A stretch of DNA of 64,000 bases from Saccostrea echinata (taxonomy: Eukaryota), in contig NW_026889767.1 in assembly GCF_033153115.1 (NCBI RefSeq), forward strand, positions 62,001 through 126,000. The letters run 5' to 3'. The notes beneath the pieces are model-generated. The model was not told where the DNA came from, did not search any database, and saw only the letters and a list, made by a program, of their open reading frames with translations. Below are positions 1 to 20,285 of this stretch, one piece after another (the first letter of the stretch is position 1; every line of letters begins with the position of its first letter). The position numbers and the translations under genes were made by a program.

Positions 1-1041
1 GATGAGAATGTGTGTGTGTGTGTGTTTTTTAAATAAATTGATGCATACATTGCCCTCTTTAGGTCCTTTGGTAAATGCACTCTCCGTGTCCGGGACCGAT
101 TGAAGTTTAAATTGCTTCGAAATACATGCAAAGTTTCGTATTTGAATTTGCTGCTAGGTGAATGATTTTCATATAAGGCACGCCCAGGTACCGAGAAAGG
201 TCTGTTTACCTGTTATTAATCCCACTCTCAAATTAAAGTACTCTAAAGAACCTTAATTAACATTTCACGAAGTGGGAAACAGTGTGTCAAAATCTACACA
301 CTAGCAATCTCTAAACATATAGTGAGATTTACCGCCTACCGTACCCAAAGTTTGCACCGGAAGTTCAAAATCATTAAACTTTGGATAACTACATGTAAGA
401 GACCGGGTTAGGGGGATTAACAACACGACCTTGATTAATGCTGAAAATTTTGATAAAAGAAATGTCTTTAAAAATTCTAAAACCTTGTATCAAAGTATAA
501 TCGTATCTTAAAATATCTTTTGTTGTTGTGTAATAAAATCAAACAGTGATCAAACATACCAAACTGCTTTTACAATATATTGGTAGGATTATATGGCGCT
601 TCCTAATTTACAGTGAACCTTTTTATATTATGTTCATATTGACATCGAATTTATAAAATCGAAGTTCAAAACATTCCAGTAATATCTGTTTTTCTTCAAT
701 AAAATAAATCGTATAAGACGTATGTCAATTTTAAATAAATTTCAAATAAAAGATATGGCACGATTTCTGAGGGAAGAAAAAACGCTCATCACATCCCTTG
801 ACAAGGCTTCAGTGTGAATTTCGTTTATATGAGATTGGAACCTTACTATACACTCATGGCAATCTTAGATACTGTAGTATTTTAGATTAAATGTAAAAAT
901 ACATTTGACAGTTAAAAGTAATCTAAGTGCATGTTATATCTTATGATAAAGCTGGACAGGTATGTCTCTTTTTCAAAACAAATAGATAAAATAAAAAGAG
1001 AGAGTGCATGCTTAATATAAAGCGTATTGTCAAAATGCCTT

Positions 1042-2184
1042 CTAATGTTCATGTAGTATAGTACGTGAGTAGTTTTTCAGTTCAGAAAATCTTAAGATAA
1101 GTGCCTCATCTGATTTGGTAACAGTTGAATTACATCGGTTAATTTGACGCCAAAGTCTATACATGTGATCTATATCAGCCTCATGTACCAATAAAACGTC
1201 TCTTATGACGTCACAGTTTGCATCATGTAATTTATCAGTCACAAAATTGACAATATTGCGCGGAGTAATTCTAAGATGCGACAAAACTTGTCCAATGAAA
1301 ACATCTTCTAAACGAAAGTGCGGAACTTCACCTACAGCATGCAGTATATTCTGCACCAAGTCGGAACTCATTATGTAAGCGGATGTAGAACACATTGGTG
1401 GATATAGTTCCTTTTTGTACTCTTGGAAAGTGACGTAAAATGGAGAAACCTTATTCCTATTAGGTTTTGACGTCCCAAAGCATTTCCCTCCGATAAATTT
1501 CGAATCTGGAAGGAAATATTCCAATCTTTTAAATTGCATTGTGTTCACAAAAATGTCCCCATGAACTTTTGTGATATGCTTTACGCTTTGACAATTTTGT
1601 ATAACCCATGTGAGTCCAAGGAGTAACAATTCTGTTTTATTATGAGTATTGTAATTTACATTGAAGTTCAGGATGTCATTATAGTGTTCTGCTTGATGTT
1701 CGGGATTCCAATTTCTATTCTCCGATCCAACCAAAAAGAAATATCCAATTATAGCATCCTTGTTCAATAAGTCAGACACCCAACTATGCCTGACAACACT
1801 TCGGGCGTGGACTTCTAAGGGTGACGTCACGATAATGATAACATTTCGAATCCGATCGGATTTGCATGCAGTACTTGGAGTATACAATGTATTATATTGT
1901 TTTTCTCCAACTGATATAAACTTATCCTGTGAATCATCTACTATGATTGCGAATGGGTTATCAAAGTCTATCATTACATATTTATTTCTCACTGACTCTG
2001 TCTTCACTTTATCAAGTCTATTTAAAGTTTCACATATGTATATAACGTAGACAAATGCGACTGCAGCTAAAAGAATCATCATTGTTTCTATGGTTAAAAA
2101 GGGTCGAATATGCTTTGCCATTATGATCAAAGTTCTCTCCTTCTCTCGGAGCTGTGTTGCGGAGTCAATGATCATCGGGCACAT
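1042..2184 (-). CDS. Beta-1,3-galactosyltransferase-like protein (GT31/Galactosyl_T), copy 1; single coding exon, type II membrane protein
   Basis: 380-aa ORF with N-terminal TM (ILLAAVAFVYVIYIC) and GT31 motifs ARSVVRHSW, YFFLVG, YNDIL, PNRNKVSPFYV, YPPMCS, LEDVFIG. DxD motif reads KVHGD. Acceptor tttcag at 2205-2206; probable non-coding exon 1 ends at 5726 (CAG|GTAAGT). Alternative start is the conserved Met at 2121. Confidence 0.88.
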   Translation of the reverse strand: MCPMIIDSATQLREKERTLIIMAKHIRPFLTIETMMILLAAVAFVYVIYICETLNRLDKVKTESVRNKYVMIDFDNPFAIIVDDSQDKFISVGEKQYNTLYTPSTACKSDRIRNVIIIVTSPLEVHARSVVRHSWVSDLLNKDAIIGYFFLVGSENRNWNPEHQAEHYNDILNFNVNYNTHNKTELLLLGLTWVIQNCQSVKHITKVHGDIFVNTMQFKRLEYFLPDSKFIGGKCFGTSKPNRNKVSPFYVTFQEYKKELYPPMCSTSAYIMSSDLVQNILHAVGEVPHFRLEDVFIGQVLSHLRITPRNIVNFVTDKLHDANCDVIRDVLLVHEADIDHMYRLWRQINRCNSTVTKSDEALILRFSELKNYSRTILHEH

Positions 2185-2360
2185 TCGCTGGCCTTTTCTG
2201 CAATCTGAAAGGAAGTATTACAATATTATCATAATATATCCGAAAACTAATAGAATTCCTAAAATAGAAATCGAATTAATTTAATTTGCAACATTTGCAA
2301 AACTACACACGAATCAAAATTAGTTTAGGCTTGCCATTATACTTCAGTGAATTACAATTA

Positions 2361-4758
2361 ATTGAACATTTTCGGAATATCAGACACCTGACGTACTACT
2401 GACAGCGGACTTGAAAACAAAAGCTAACTTTTGGGGAGAGTATTGAAACGTTTTCACACTTACACAGCGTGTTTGCTGTACTGAGAATTTTTTCTCGTTA
2501 TCTCTGATGTCTGTTAGAAATGAATGAAGACAACAATAAAAGACATCATCATTACCAAGATTAATAAATTTTTAAAAAAAAAATTGATAAAGGGAATCTT
2601 ACAAACAAATCACTGCATGAATTGAAAATGATTAAAGGCCGAGGTTTTCAACCGGTCGGTTTTCCTCAGGTAAGTTTGGTGTGGGGTGTAGCTTAATCGA
2701 AGCTAGTGAGAAGCCCCTAGGGAACGACGCTGGCTTGTGTATACCTACCTTTATACACAGGATGTTACCTGAATGTATTACCTGTATATGTTTTCCTACG
2801 ACATGGTAAAACAATGTCATTGTTTTTCTTGTGTAGGTCAATTGAAATGTTGACCGTAAAATTCTTAAATAAAGCATGCGAAATATTTTTGTTGCGAACA
2901 GAATCCTACTTAAATTCTTGTTTTCATTGCTTCTTTATCACGTTATTATTTGCGGTAAGCATCAAAAGCCTGAATATAAATTCGATGGTCGGTACGATCT
3001 CCAGACAAGGTACACAAGATATACACAATGGCAGAAAACTAAAAGTCAATCAAATCCAAGTATCCAATCCCAGGCTTAATTTCAGATGATTGACAGGGGT
3101 TCACAGACCAGGTAAATTAGAAGGAGGTGCTTATTTCCTCCCCCTTTAATATGTATCTATGCATGATATTTAAGTTGCGGATCCAAAGGGGGGATATGGG
3201 AGTTCCAACGCACCCTATCATTTGATTTTGGTAAAAAATAAAAAAGAAAAAATCAGATAAGCATTGTAAAAAAGTTAAAATAGGTGAAAAAGCTAGAGGT
3301 ATGTGGACGTATCCATGTAAACGGTATTTTAAGAATTATCAGAACTTGTTCTCTATTATGAAGTCGTTCAAAAATTTCGGGGATTTTTTTTTCGAGTACA
3401 TATGGAAAACATTTTTCTTTCAACACTTTTTAGACATAGGTTCATTTAAAATGATATAGAAACCAACCTTTTCTTTTTTTTTTATAAATAATAAATAGGA
3501 TACATCAACAACAAAATATTGATAAAACGTTTTCATATATGCTATAATTTATATTTGGCTTCCTCAAGAACTACGCATAAAAAATGCCAAATTCGATTTA
3601 AAAAATACAAATGTACTCGTATATTGCTTGAGTTGATTCTACTCGTCGATTTTAATCTCAAAATGAAAAGAAACAATTATTAAAGATTTCCCTTCATCTT
3701 TTAAAGATGATATAAAAAAAATTGAGACATATTAAGCGCAAAATATTAAATAAATTTAGCATATTTAAATTAAGTAATTTCTTTGTTGAACATGAACTCG
3801 TATGCACACTTTTGAAATTAATACATATTATCCATATAATTTCCTCCATAATTATTATCTTGGCCATGATCTAAATACAAAATTTTTATTACAAAAACAC
3901 CATTCAAGTTAATGCGTTTTGTATTAAAAAGTTTGTCTCTCAAATTCCCAGAATCTAGAAGCTTATAATTTCCTGACCCCACCATGGCTCTTCCCTGTAC
4001 CCACTGGAAGCCTCATGGTGGCCACAGACACCAGATCTCCCTATAATGTAGCTGGCTTTTTAATGAGAATATGATATTGAGTTATTATGTTATGTTTAGG
4101 AGGGAATTTGATTGTGCATTAGAGATGTAAAATCGGGTTCATTTTAAAGCCTTTTGCTTAAGTTTTCTTCTCTGCGCCTAATACGTCGATTATGAAAAGA
4201 GTTGTACTGGTGGTATGTTGTACATAATTACACCGGTAATGTTGTTGCATGCTCTGATTATTCCGACAAAGAACTTTTTGTATGTCTACAAACAATTTCT
4301 GAAACAATGTTACATAATCTTTTTTCTCGAGTGATGCCATAAACTGCTTTGACAAAATTTTATTCTATTTTCAATTTACAGATTGTGCGCTCAGTGTCAT
4401 ACAATTATTAATATAAAGGTACACAAGTTTATAAAATTTTCTTTGCTCCTGGAGATCTCTGTTTATCTATTTGTCGTTCGGAATTTGGTGTTATTAATTT
4501 GTAAAATGAAACAAGGTTTCGGGAAAGGGATCAAAAAAGTATTCTCCGAAAAGTGGAGACACGCCGCCTGCCCCCTTCTTATGTGTTTTGTGTACACAAT
4601 GTATAACTCATACAAATAAGAACGAAATGTGATTATCGAGTTCAATAAAATATATACGTATAATTCAAATTACTTTTTGACACGTTCCCTTATGTCAAAA
4701 GTCCGCAGTCCGAAGTCAGTTGTCGGGTGTCTGAGATTCCATTCCGAAAATGTTCAAT
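2361..4758. mobile_element. Non-autonomous TIR DNA transposon in intron 1 of GT31 copy 1
   Basis: Perfect 18-bp TIR ATTGAACATTTTCGGAAT / ATTCCGAAAATGTTCAAT, extending imperfectly to about 60 bp. The empty site is visible in copy 2 (tgaattac...atggctag near 9195-9217). Confidence 0.8.
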
Positions 4759-7700
4759 ATGGCTAGAAAACATAAATCTTAGATTTCAATTGCTTAAATA
4801 GTTCTCGAAGCATAATAATGCAATTTACATTATCTTTGAGCTAAATTCAATTTTGTTTTTTAAAAGTCTGCCACTTTCAAACCTTGCTTCAAGAGACAAG
4901 TATTTACAGAAAAAACGTAATGTTGTTTGACAGAAAGAAAGTATAGTTACGTGACATGGAGCTGATGTTAAAATAAAATGAAATTTATTTGAATTCTTTT
5001 GCCATCTAAAATTCAAGTATGTAAAACGATAGCAGGTTATTTTTTCTGTATTTCATTCCAGATTTTGATTTCCCTATAGTTTTTTAAAGAATATATATTT
5101 TTTGATTTTTTTCTTTTTTCGGGGGGGGGGGGGGGGGATTATACAGTAGAATTCATATGCATGTACGATTAATTACCACTGACACTTTTTGAATTCATGA
5201 GCATTTTGTGCATACAATATGAATGATTGTCTTTCCCCTCAACGTCAACTGGTAAAATTTTAAAATTATTTGTATGCAGAAGAGAGGAAAAAAGAGGTGG
5301 AAATGTAGGATTCCAGCCCTGCTTCTCTCGTTAAAAAACTGCCTAGAACTTAGCAAAACCTCTTATTCTAAAGGCATTTATAAATAGCAGAATGGGTTTG
5401 TTTTTATAGAGTACATGCATAATTGTACTATTTTTACGACAGAGAGATACAAATCGTTAATCAGCACATACGTCACATTCAGTTAAAAACAACAGTCGGA
5501 ATTTGTTTGCCTCCATGAAACACCCTCTTTATTTTAATATATTAAACAAATAAGATTTAACGTGAGAAGATTTTCCAAACATGTTTATAACGAAGGTTCA
5601 ATTTATAAAGGGTTCGTTTTCTTAATTATATGTGAAACATATTTTACCTGCAGACACATTGGTATAAACGATTGAAATAAATTATGCACAGTATATACAA
5701 GTTGGAATACTATTGTTTTACTTACCTGCTGTTACTTACAATATCTTGATTATCCCAATCAATTATTCAATTTTTCCTCACATTTTAGCATTACTGTGTC
5801 AAAACTGTCATCTTACTGCCTTCGATTAAAATGTTTTCAGTTTTTAGATTTATACAGGTAAAAATTTATTGAAATGTCACATGCACCGGCTGTAGATATA
5901 TGCAAAGTCAACAGAGCGTTACTTAAATTTCATTTTACGTGAAATTTCACTCTTGATGTTGATAAATATCTAATGACCAAAAATATTAATATATCTACTT
6001 TTCCTGTTTCAGTTTTTCCCTTTTATACTTAAAAAACATACCTCCATTTTCTATTCAATTATTCAGTGCTTATTTTTTTTCCCGTCAATTCGTGACCGGA
6101 TTTCACTAAATGCTTTTACCATGCTTTTAAAAGATCCCGGACGTAAATTTAAATTTCTTTAGAGTAATGCAATTTTAAAAAAAATTAAAGGGGTTTACAT
6201 AAATTCCCTCTTTCATTTAATTAACAAAAAACTGTTGGATCATTAAAATTCTTGGATGGGGCAATTTTCGTGGATAGCCTTAATCTACAAAAGGAAAGAT
6301 GACACTTAAAACCCCAATTATTAATTTGATGAGGATGTGGATGCAGGATGAAACTGTGATTTCAGTTAACTGAAAGATGACTGAAAGGTGACCGAATGGC
6401 AGATCGCTGAATATTGAGCCACCACGAAATCTCATGATCGATAGCGAATACAGGCACGCATTAAAACTAGGAAAAGGTAAAATGCTCTCAAATGAGGGGG
6501 GGGGGGGCGAATGGAAAGATTAGCTTTATTTAAAGTGTGCAGAGCCATACACAAGAAAATAACTGGATATCATTTATTTATTTTATCTCTGTTTTCAAAT
6601 TCATATTTAAATGTGTCCATGTTTACAGTTTTCTTTTCATTCTTTCTTTTTTTTTTCATTGTTCCAATAGTTAGAAAATAATATATTTTTCTCATTTGCT
6701 TTAGGGCTGTGTTCTACCTGATTCATCGTTTTCCGTCTTTGATTTTAATAAAATTATCTTTTATTTAATAAAATTATCCTTATTTAAATGATGAAGATGA
6801 GAATGTGTGTGTGTGTGTGTGTGTGTTTAAATAAATTGATACATACATTGCTCTCTTCAGGTCCTTTGGTAAATGCACTCTCCGTGTCCGGGACCGATTG
6901 AAGTTTAAATTGCTTCGAAATACATGCAAAGTTTCGTATTTGAATTTGCTGCTGGGTGAATGATTTTCATACAAGGCACGCCCAGGTACCGAGAAAGGAC
7001 TTTTTACCTGTTATTAATCCCACTCTCAAATTAAAGTACTCTATGTTATTTACACAACAGTTATTCAAAATTTTAAACCTTAATTACCATTTCACGAAGT
7101 GGAAAACAGTGTGTCAAAATCTACACACTAGCAATCTCTAAACATATAGTGTGATTTACCGGCTACCGTACCCAAAGTTTGCACCGGAAGTTCAAAATCA
7201 TTAAACTTTGGATAACTACATGTAAAAGACCGGGTTGGGGTATGAAACAACAAGTCCTTGATTGATGCTGAAAAAAAAATTGATAAAAGAAATGTCTTTA
7301 AAAATTTTAAAACATTGTATCAAAGTATAATCGTATCTTAAAATATCTTTTGTTGTTGTGTAATAAAATCAAACAGTGATCCAACATAACAAACTGTTTT
7401 TACAATATATTGGTAGGATTATATGGCACTTTCTAATTTACAGTGAACATTTTTATATTATGTTCATATTGACATCGAATTTAGAAAGTGGAAGTTCAAA
7501 ACATTCCAGTAATATCTTTTTTCTTCAATAAAGTAAATCGTGTAAGACATGTGCAATATAATTTTGAATAAATTTAAAATAACAAAAGTAATGGCACTAT
7601 TTCTGGAGAAAGAAAAAAACGCTCATCACATCCCTTGACAAAGCTTCAATGTGCATTTCGTTTATATGAGATTGGAACTTTACTATACACTCAAAGCAAT

Positions 7701-7878
7701 CTTAAATACTGTAGTATTTTAAATTAAATGTAAAACTACATTTGACAGTTAATAGTGATCTAAGTGCATGTTATTTCTAATGATAAAGATCGACACGTAT
7801 GTCTCTTTTTCAAAATAAATAAATAAAATAAAAAGAGAGAGTGCATGCTTAATATAAAGCGTATTGTCAAAATGACGT

Positions 7879-9012
7879 TTAATGTTCCCTTAGTATAGTA
7901 TGTGAGTAGTTTTTCAGTTCAGAAAATTTTACGATAAGTGCTTCATCTGATTTGGTAACATTTGAATAACATTGTTTAATTTGACGCCAAAGTCTATACA
8001 TGTGATCTATATCAGCTTCATGCACCAATAAAACATCTCTTATAACGTCACAGTTTGCAGCATTTAATTCATCAGTCACAAAATTTACAATATTGCGCGG
8101 AGTAATTCTAAGATGCGACAAAACTTGTCCAATGAAAACATCTTCTAAACGGAAGTGCGGAACTTCACCTACAGCATGCAGTATATTCTGCACCAAGTCG
8201 GAACTCATTATGTAAGCGGAAGTAGAACACATTGGTGGATATAGTTCCTTTTTGTACTCTTGGAAAGTGACGTAAAATGGCGAAACCTTATTCCGATTAG
8301 GTTTTGATGTCCCAAAGCATTGCCCTCCGATAAATTTTGAATCTGGAAGGAAATATGCCAATCTACTAAATTTCAGTGTGTTCACAAAAATGTCCCCATG
8401 AACTTTTGTGATATGCTTTACGCTTTGACAATTCTGTATAACCCATTTGAGTCCAAGAAGTAACAATTCTGTTGTATTATGAGTATTGTAATTTACATTG
8501 AAGTTCAGGATGTCATTATAGTGTGATGCTTGATGTTCGGGATTCCAATTTCTATTCTCCGATCCAACCAAGAAGAAATATCCAATTATAGCATCCTTTT
8601 TCAATAAGTCAGACACCCAACTATGCCTAACAACACTTCGGGCGTGGACTTCTAAGGGTGATGTCACGATAATAATAACATTTCGAACCCGGTCGGATTT
8701 ACATGCAGTACTCGGGGTACCCAGTGTATTGAATTGTTTTTCTTGAATGGAAATAGATGTATCCTGGGCATCATCTACAATGAGTGCGAAGGGATTATCG
8801 ACATCAATCACAACATATCTGTTTTTCATTGCCTTTGTCTTTACTTTATCAAGTCTGTTTAATGTTTCACACATATATATGACGTAGACTAACGACACTG
8901 CAGCCAAAAGAACCGTCATTGTCTCTGTAGTTATAAACGGACGAAGATACTTTGCCATTATGACTGAAGATCCCTCCGTCTTTTGGGGCGGTTTTGGATG
9001 GATTACGCTCAT
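7879..9012 (-). CDS. Beta-1,3-galactosyltransferase-like protein (GT31), copy 2
   Basis: Paralog of copy 1 with the same motifs. Acceptor ttttag at 9093-9094, so the ORF-track start at 9114 is probably intronic. First in-frame ATG 9012; conserved MAK start 8958. Probable non-coding exon 1 ends at 10385 with a GC donor. Confidence 0.88.
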   Translation of the reverse strand: MSVIHPKPPQKTEGSSVIMAKYLRPFITTETMTVLLAAVSLVYVIYMCETLNRLDKVKTKAMKNRYVVIDVDNPFALIVDDAQDTSISIQEKQFNTLGTPSTACKSDRVRNVIIIVTSPLEVHARSVVRHSWVSDLLKKDAIIGYFFLVGSENRNWNPEHQASHYNDILNFNVNYNTHNTTELLLLGLKWVIQNCQSVKHITKVHGDIFVNTLKFSRLAYFLPDSKFIGGQCFGTSKPNRNKVSPFYVTFQEYKKELYPPMCSTSAYIMSSDLVQNILHAVGEVPHFRLEDVFIGQVLSHLRITPRNIVNFVTDELNAANCDVIRDVLLVHEADIDHMYRLWRQIKQCYSNVTKSDEALIVKFSELKNYSHTILREH

Positions 9013-11874
9013 GGGGTGCTTTCGCTCGTCTTTTCTCCCACTTGAGAGAAAGTTTGTATCATTACATGTACATTTACTAAAAACTGCAATTTCTAAAACA
9101 AAAAACAGATTCATTGATTTGCAAAATCAGTTTCAGCATTGCAAAATTGCAAATGGCTTTATTGAAAAATTCAGATTCGGTACTACGTAACAATGAATTA
9201 CCATAAAAAATGGCTAGGAAGCATGATTTTTCGATTTCCTTTTCTTCGTAATTAGTTCTTGAAACGCATGATTCTTGAGCAATATTAAAACAATTTTATT
9301 AAGATCTACCGCTTTCAAATTAAGCTTCCAATGACTTGCAAAAAAAATTGTTAGAAAAATCAAATGTAAAGGTATTTCTGCCTTATGTGGTGCATATGTT
9401 TGAATTAAAGAAATTTCATTTAAATTTATAAACCATCTGGACTTTAATTCTGCAAAGCGATAATAGATTAATTCCTTTTGCTATATTGTTTTATTCAAGA
9501 TTTTAATTGCTCTGGTGCATACTCCAAAAGTTTTAAATCACAGATGATGAAAAGAAAACTCACTGCGCATGCCAAGTGAGGGTTCAATGTTTTTTTTTTT
9601 TTTTTTTTTTTTTTTTTTGATATTTGATAAAGTTTTTATTTGTTCTATTTTGTTGTCTTACTGTGTAATTCATTCTACGATTAAAGATACATATCACACT
9701 GCAATTATAAATTTTCTTTTCTCCCACACAAAAGAGTTACATTTTTATTTCTCAATATTTCTTTCATTTGAAATCTTATAAGGAAATTTTGTTTGTGTAA
9801 AATGTAAAAATAAACTCTTAAAAATGTCCCCAGAAACTTTACAGTAACAAAACTTCATACATTAATTATTTCCTAGAACTTTATAAAAATAAAGTAACGT
9901 GATTAGGCGTAAAATATATGATTTATTTACGAATACCGTGCTTTTGGCGGGGACGCATAAAATACAAGATATGATACCCGAATTGAGCGGCAAAAAACGG
10001 CGCCGTAAAGTTTTTTACAATGTTTGGATCTGTAGCTGTATGGTTTATCTGTTCGATTTTTCTCAACCAGAGAGCTACAGTTCTGCAACTACATTATAAT
10101 TACTTATCTGTACCGAATATAATTTTTAATATTTCAATTGAAAAATTCCGCTCAGTTGATATGCTTAATCAGAGATTCATTCTATCAGAAGTCTAAACAG
10201 GAACTTGTATAAGATTTTACAAAATGTATGTTTTAAGGGATTTATATATGACCACCCACAGTATAAAATGAAATGTACAAATTTAAATTGAAAAAAAATC
10301 AAAATTTTGTTATTATTATAATAACTTCTAGCTAATTGATTAAATGAATTGTACACAAGGAAGTAGCGTTTAATTTTTACTTGCCTGCTGCGTCGTATGT
10401 TTTCCTGATTATCTCAAACAACAACTCAACCTTTCCTTGTATTGTAAGCTACATTCACAACTGTTACCTCATAACATTTAACTAAAATGTTTTTTTTTTT
10501 TTTTAGATTTACAGATAAAACTTTATTGGAATGTATCATGCATCAGACATATGCAAAGTCAATAGAGCGTTAAATTTCACCTGCTGGTTCAGTCTGAATG
10601 TTGATAATATCTAATGACAAAATGTCAATATTTCTACATTTCCTGGTTTAGAATATTTAAATTTGCTTGTTTACTTGTATATACATGTCTCCTTCTTTAT
10701 ATTCAATTAGGTTGTTTACTTGCATGCCTACCCTTTATGTTTGGATTACGTCGCGCTTTCAAAGGATCACGGACATAATTTTTTTTTAAAAGACGAACTC
10801 TCACAATAGGTATTGAAATTTAAAAAAGAAATGAAAATAAAAACGATTTAAATAACTTCTTTTTTGATTAAAATAACAACAGTGAATCCAGATATGATAT
10901 AAGTGTTCAGCAAGAAAGTTTAAATGCTTTTAAATCGGGATTGGGGAGGGGGGGGGGGGGGTAGTGGGTTATCTCTTTTACTGAAACTTGATTTTATTTC
11001 AAGCATGCAGTCCAATCAGAAGAAAACTATTGCATATAATTTCAATACATGATTTTATCATGGTCATCAAATTAATATTTACAACCTGTAATATATGCCC
11101 AGTTTATAGCCTTCATTTTGTTTGTTTTTAAAATCCAAATCTCTGTTCAAAAAGAATACTTTTCGAATAAGATAATTAGAAAAAAAATATTTCGTTTAAA
11201 TTACCTTAGTCAATATTTTCCCTCGTTGATTTAGAAAAAATCATCCTTAATTTAGCGCCGTTCTCCTCGTTTGATTGGTTAAGATGAATTTATATATATA
11301 AAAAAAAATCATTAACCAACATATCTTACACGGAACTTCATGCATTTGCAAACTGCCAAGATAAGCCGATATATACATGTTCTTTGTCCGGTGCTTTGGG
11401 TAATGCATTCTCCGTGTCCAGAACTGATTGAAGTTTAAAAACACGTCAAAATAAACGCAACCTTTCAAAATTGAGTCGCAGTTGGTTGAGTGATTTTAAC
11501 ACAAGGCACGACCAGGCACTGAGAAAGGGGTTGTTTACCTGCCATTAAGCCCGCTTTCTTTAAATAAATTACTTTGCAATATTATAACACCAGTTATTCA
11601 GAATATAGAAAATTGAAAAAAAAAAAATCATTGTGTCAGTTGAAGAAAGTTATATATAATGAACAATTAAATCTGAACGATGAAGTCTTATTTGAAATAT
11701 CAAATCTCACAAGCATCGCTTCTGAACATTAACATGAAGTTCCTTGAAATTAATTTATACTTAGAACTAATAACTATTTTGGATGAAGAAGGGGAGGACC
11801 ACACTAAATTGACTACTACAAAGTCACGATAAATGCTGAAAGAGATTTTTCAAAGATCTTTTTAAGCCTCCAGG

Positions 11875-11921
<47 letters not shown>

Positions 11922-12156
11922 ACCAAATAATGAATTTAAATAATTTCTATTATCATTGAAATCATTCATTAAATCAAAACCTGGTTATTTTACGCATAAC
12001 AATTTTCATGTTCCTTAATGCCAATGTATAGGTAAATGTGATCAGATATTTTTTTTTTTTTCACTAATTAAGAACAAATCTTGTAAGCAAGACACTTATC
12101 CATTATGATATTTAATTTCAAATACAAGCCATGGAATGTTATTAAAAACAGCATTT

Positions 12157-19277
<7,121 letters not shown>

Positions 19278-19479
19278 GCAGAAGAAACCTAATCTCAATC
19301 TACTGTGAAGTCCTCAAGGTGTGTTTAGGTACAAAAATGATAAAGCGGACATTATTACCATATACATGGTATATATGGTTATACATGTACATGAACTCTG
19401 TGAATGTTTTTATCTGTTTTTAGTTGTTTTATTTGGTAATATTTTTAAAGAAAGTTCTAGATATTGGGTTCTTTTATGT

Positions 19480-19860
19480 TTTGAGTGTTGTGGTCGCTCT
19501 ACTTATGGACAATTTCTTAAAAGAGGAAAGCTTTTGACAATAAAGCTTATGGCACAAATATATCAACAGTCCCATTCAAAGTCAACATTTCGTAAATTTT
19601 GTGGTCTATACAATGACCTTTGCAGCAAATACAGTCAATCGTTAAGACAAATATTGTCTGACGTTTTTCATTCAAAATGTTATTCCATTATTTTCACACT
19701 GCATTACAAGGAGCACACGGCGGATGTAACTGGTCGACAGGAGATGCTTACTTTTCCTTGGCACCTGATCCCACCTCTGATTTTTTTTCACAGGCCCTTG
19801 TTTGCTCTGCTCCCAATTTGCACTCTTCCAATGCACTTTTGAGCTTGGTTACTGTTCCAA
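19480..19860 (+). mobile_element. Penelope-like (Naiad/Neptune-type) 3' fragment, degenerate
   Basis: Translates as YGQFLKRGKLLTIKLMAQ...KSTFRKFCGLYNDL...LSDVF (RT thumb). It is followed by the 3' motif shared with 45110-45178 and 22516-22585. Confidence 0.7.
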
Positions 19861-20254
19861 TCTTCATAGTTTGCTAAAAAGGCGAAGGTTAGATGCGTTT
19901 GTTTATTATAGTATTTCCTCCGTGCCCAGGATAATTCGAATAGTTACGATGTGTTGCCCTTTACATGTTTAAATAACTAAAACATTTATTTTTAAAATGA
20001 ATCTTCTCAGTCAAAATAATAAAAAACATGCAAATATTTTGACCGAAAAGCAGTTACTTAGTTGAAACTGAACTTTAGAAAATGGAAGGCGAGTTTGTTA
20101 CACTTTAATTTTTCTTTTGTGAAATAAAATAATCATGAAGGTTGTCTGGTGTAAGGAACGTATTTATCTACTATACCATGAACTGAAGACACTGTCATTA
20201 TTTGATACAGTTAACGCTCAAGACGCATCCTTTACTCTTACATCTTTGATCATT

Positions 20255-20285
<31 letters not shown>

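Larger units (their letters stand above)
1..11870. repeat. Tandem duplication units of the GT31 locus
   Basis: 1-2130 aligns by eye with 6797-8970. 5650-7300 aligns more loosely with 10340-11870. The upstream block occurs three times (1-470, 6797-7300, 11340-11870). Confidence 0.9.

Noticed and set aside
9013-9114. N-terminal extension MNLFFVLEI of the 411-aa ORF
   Set aside because: It crosses a polypyrimidine/AG acceptor at 9093-9094 positioned like that of copy 1.
19321-19842. 173-aa ORF as a host gene
   Set aside because: Decayed Penelope-like RT thumb plus flanking sequence.
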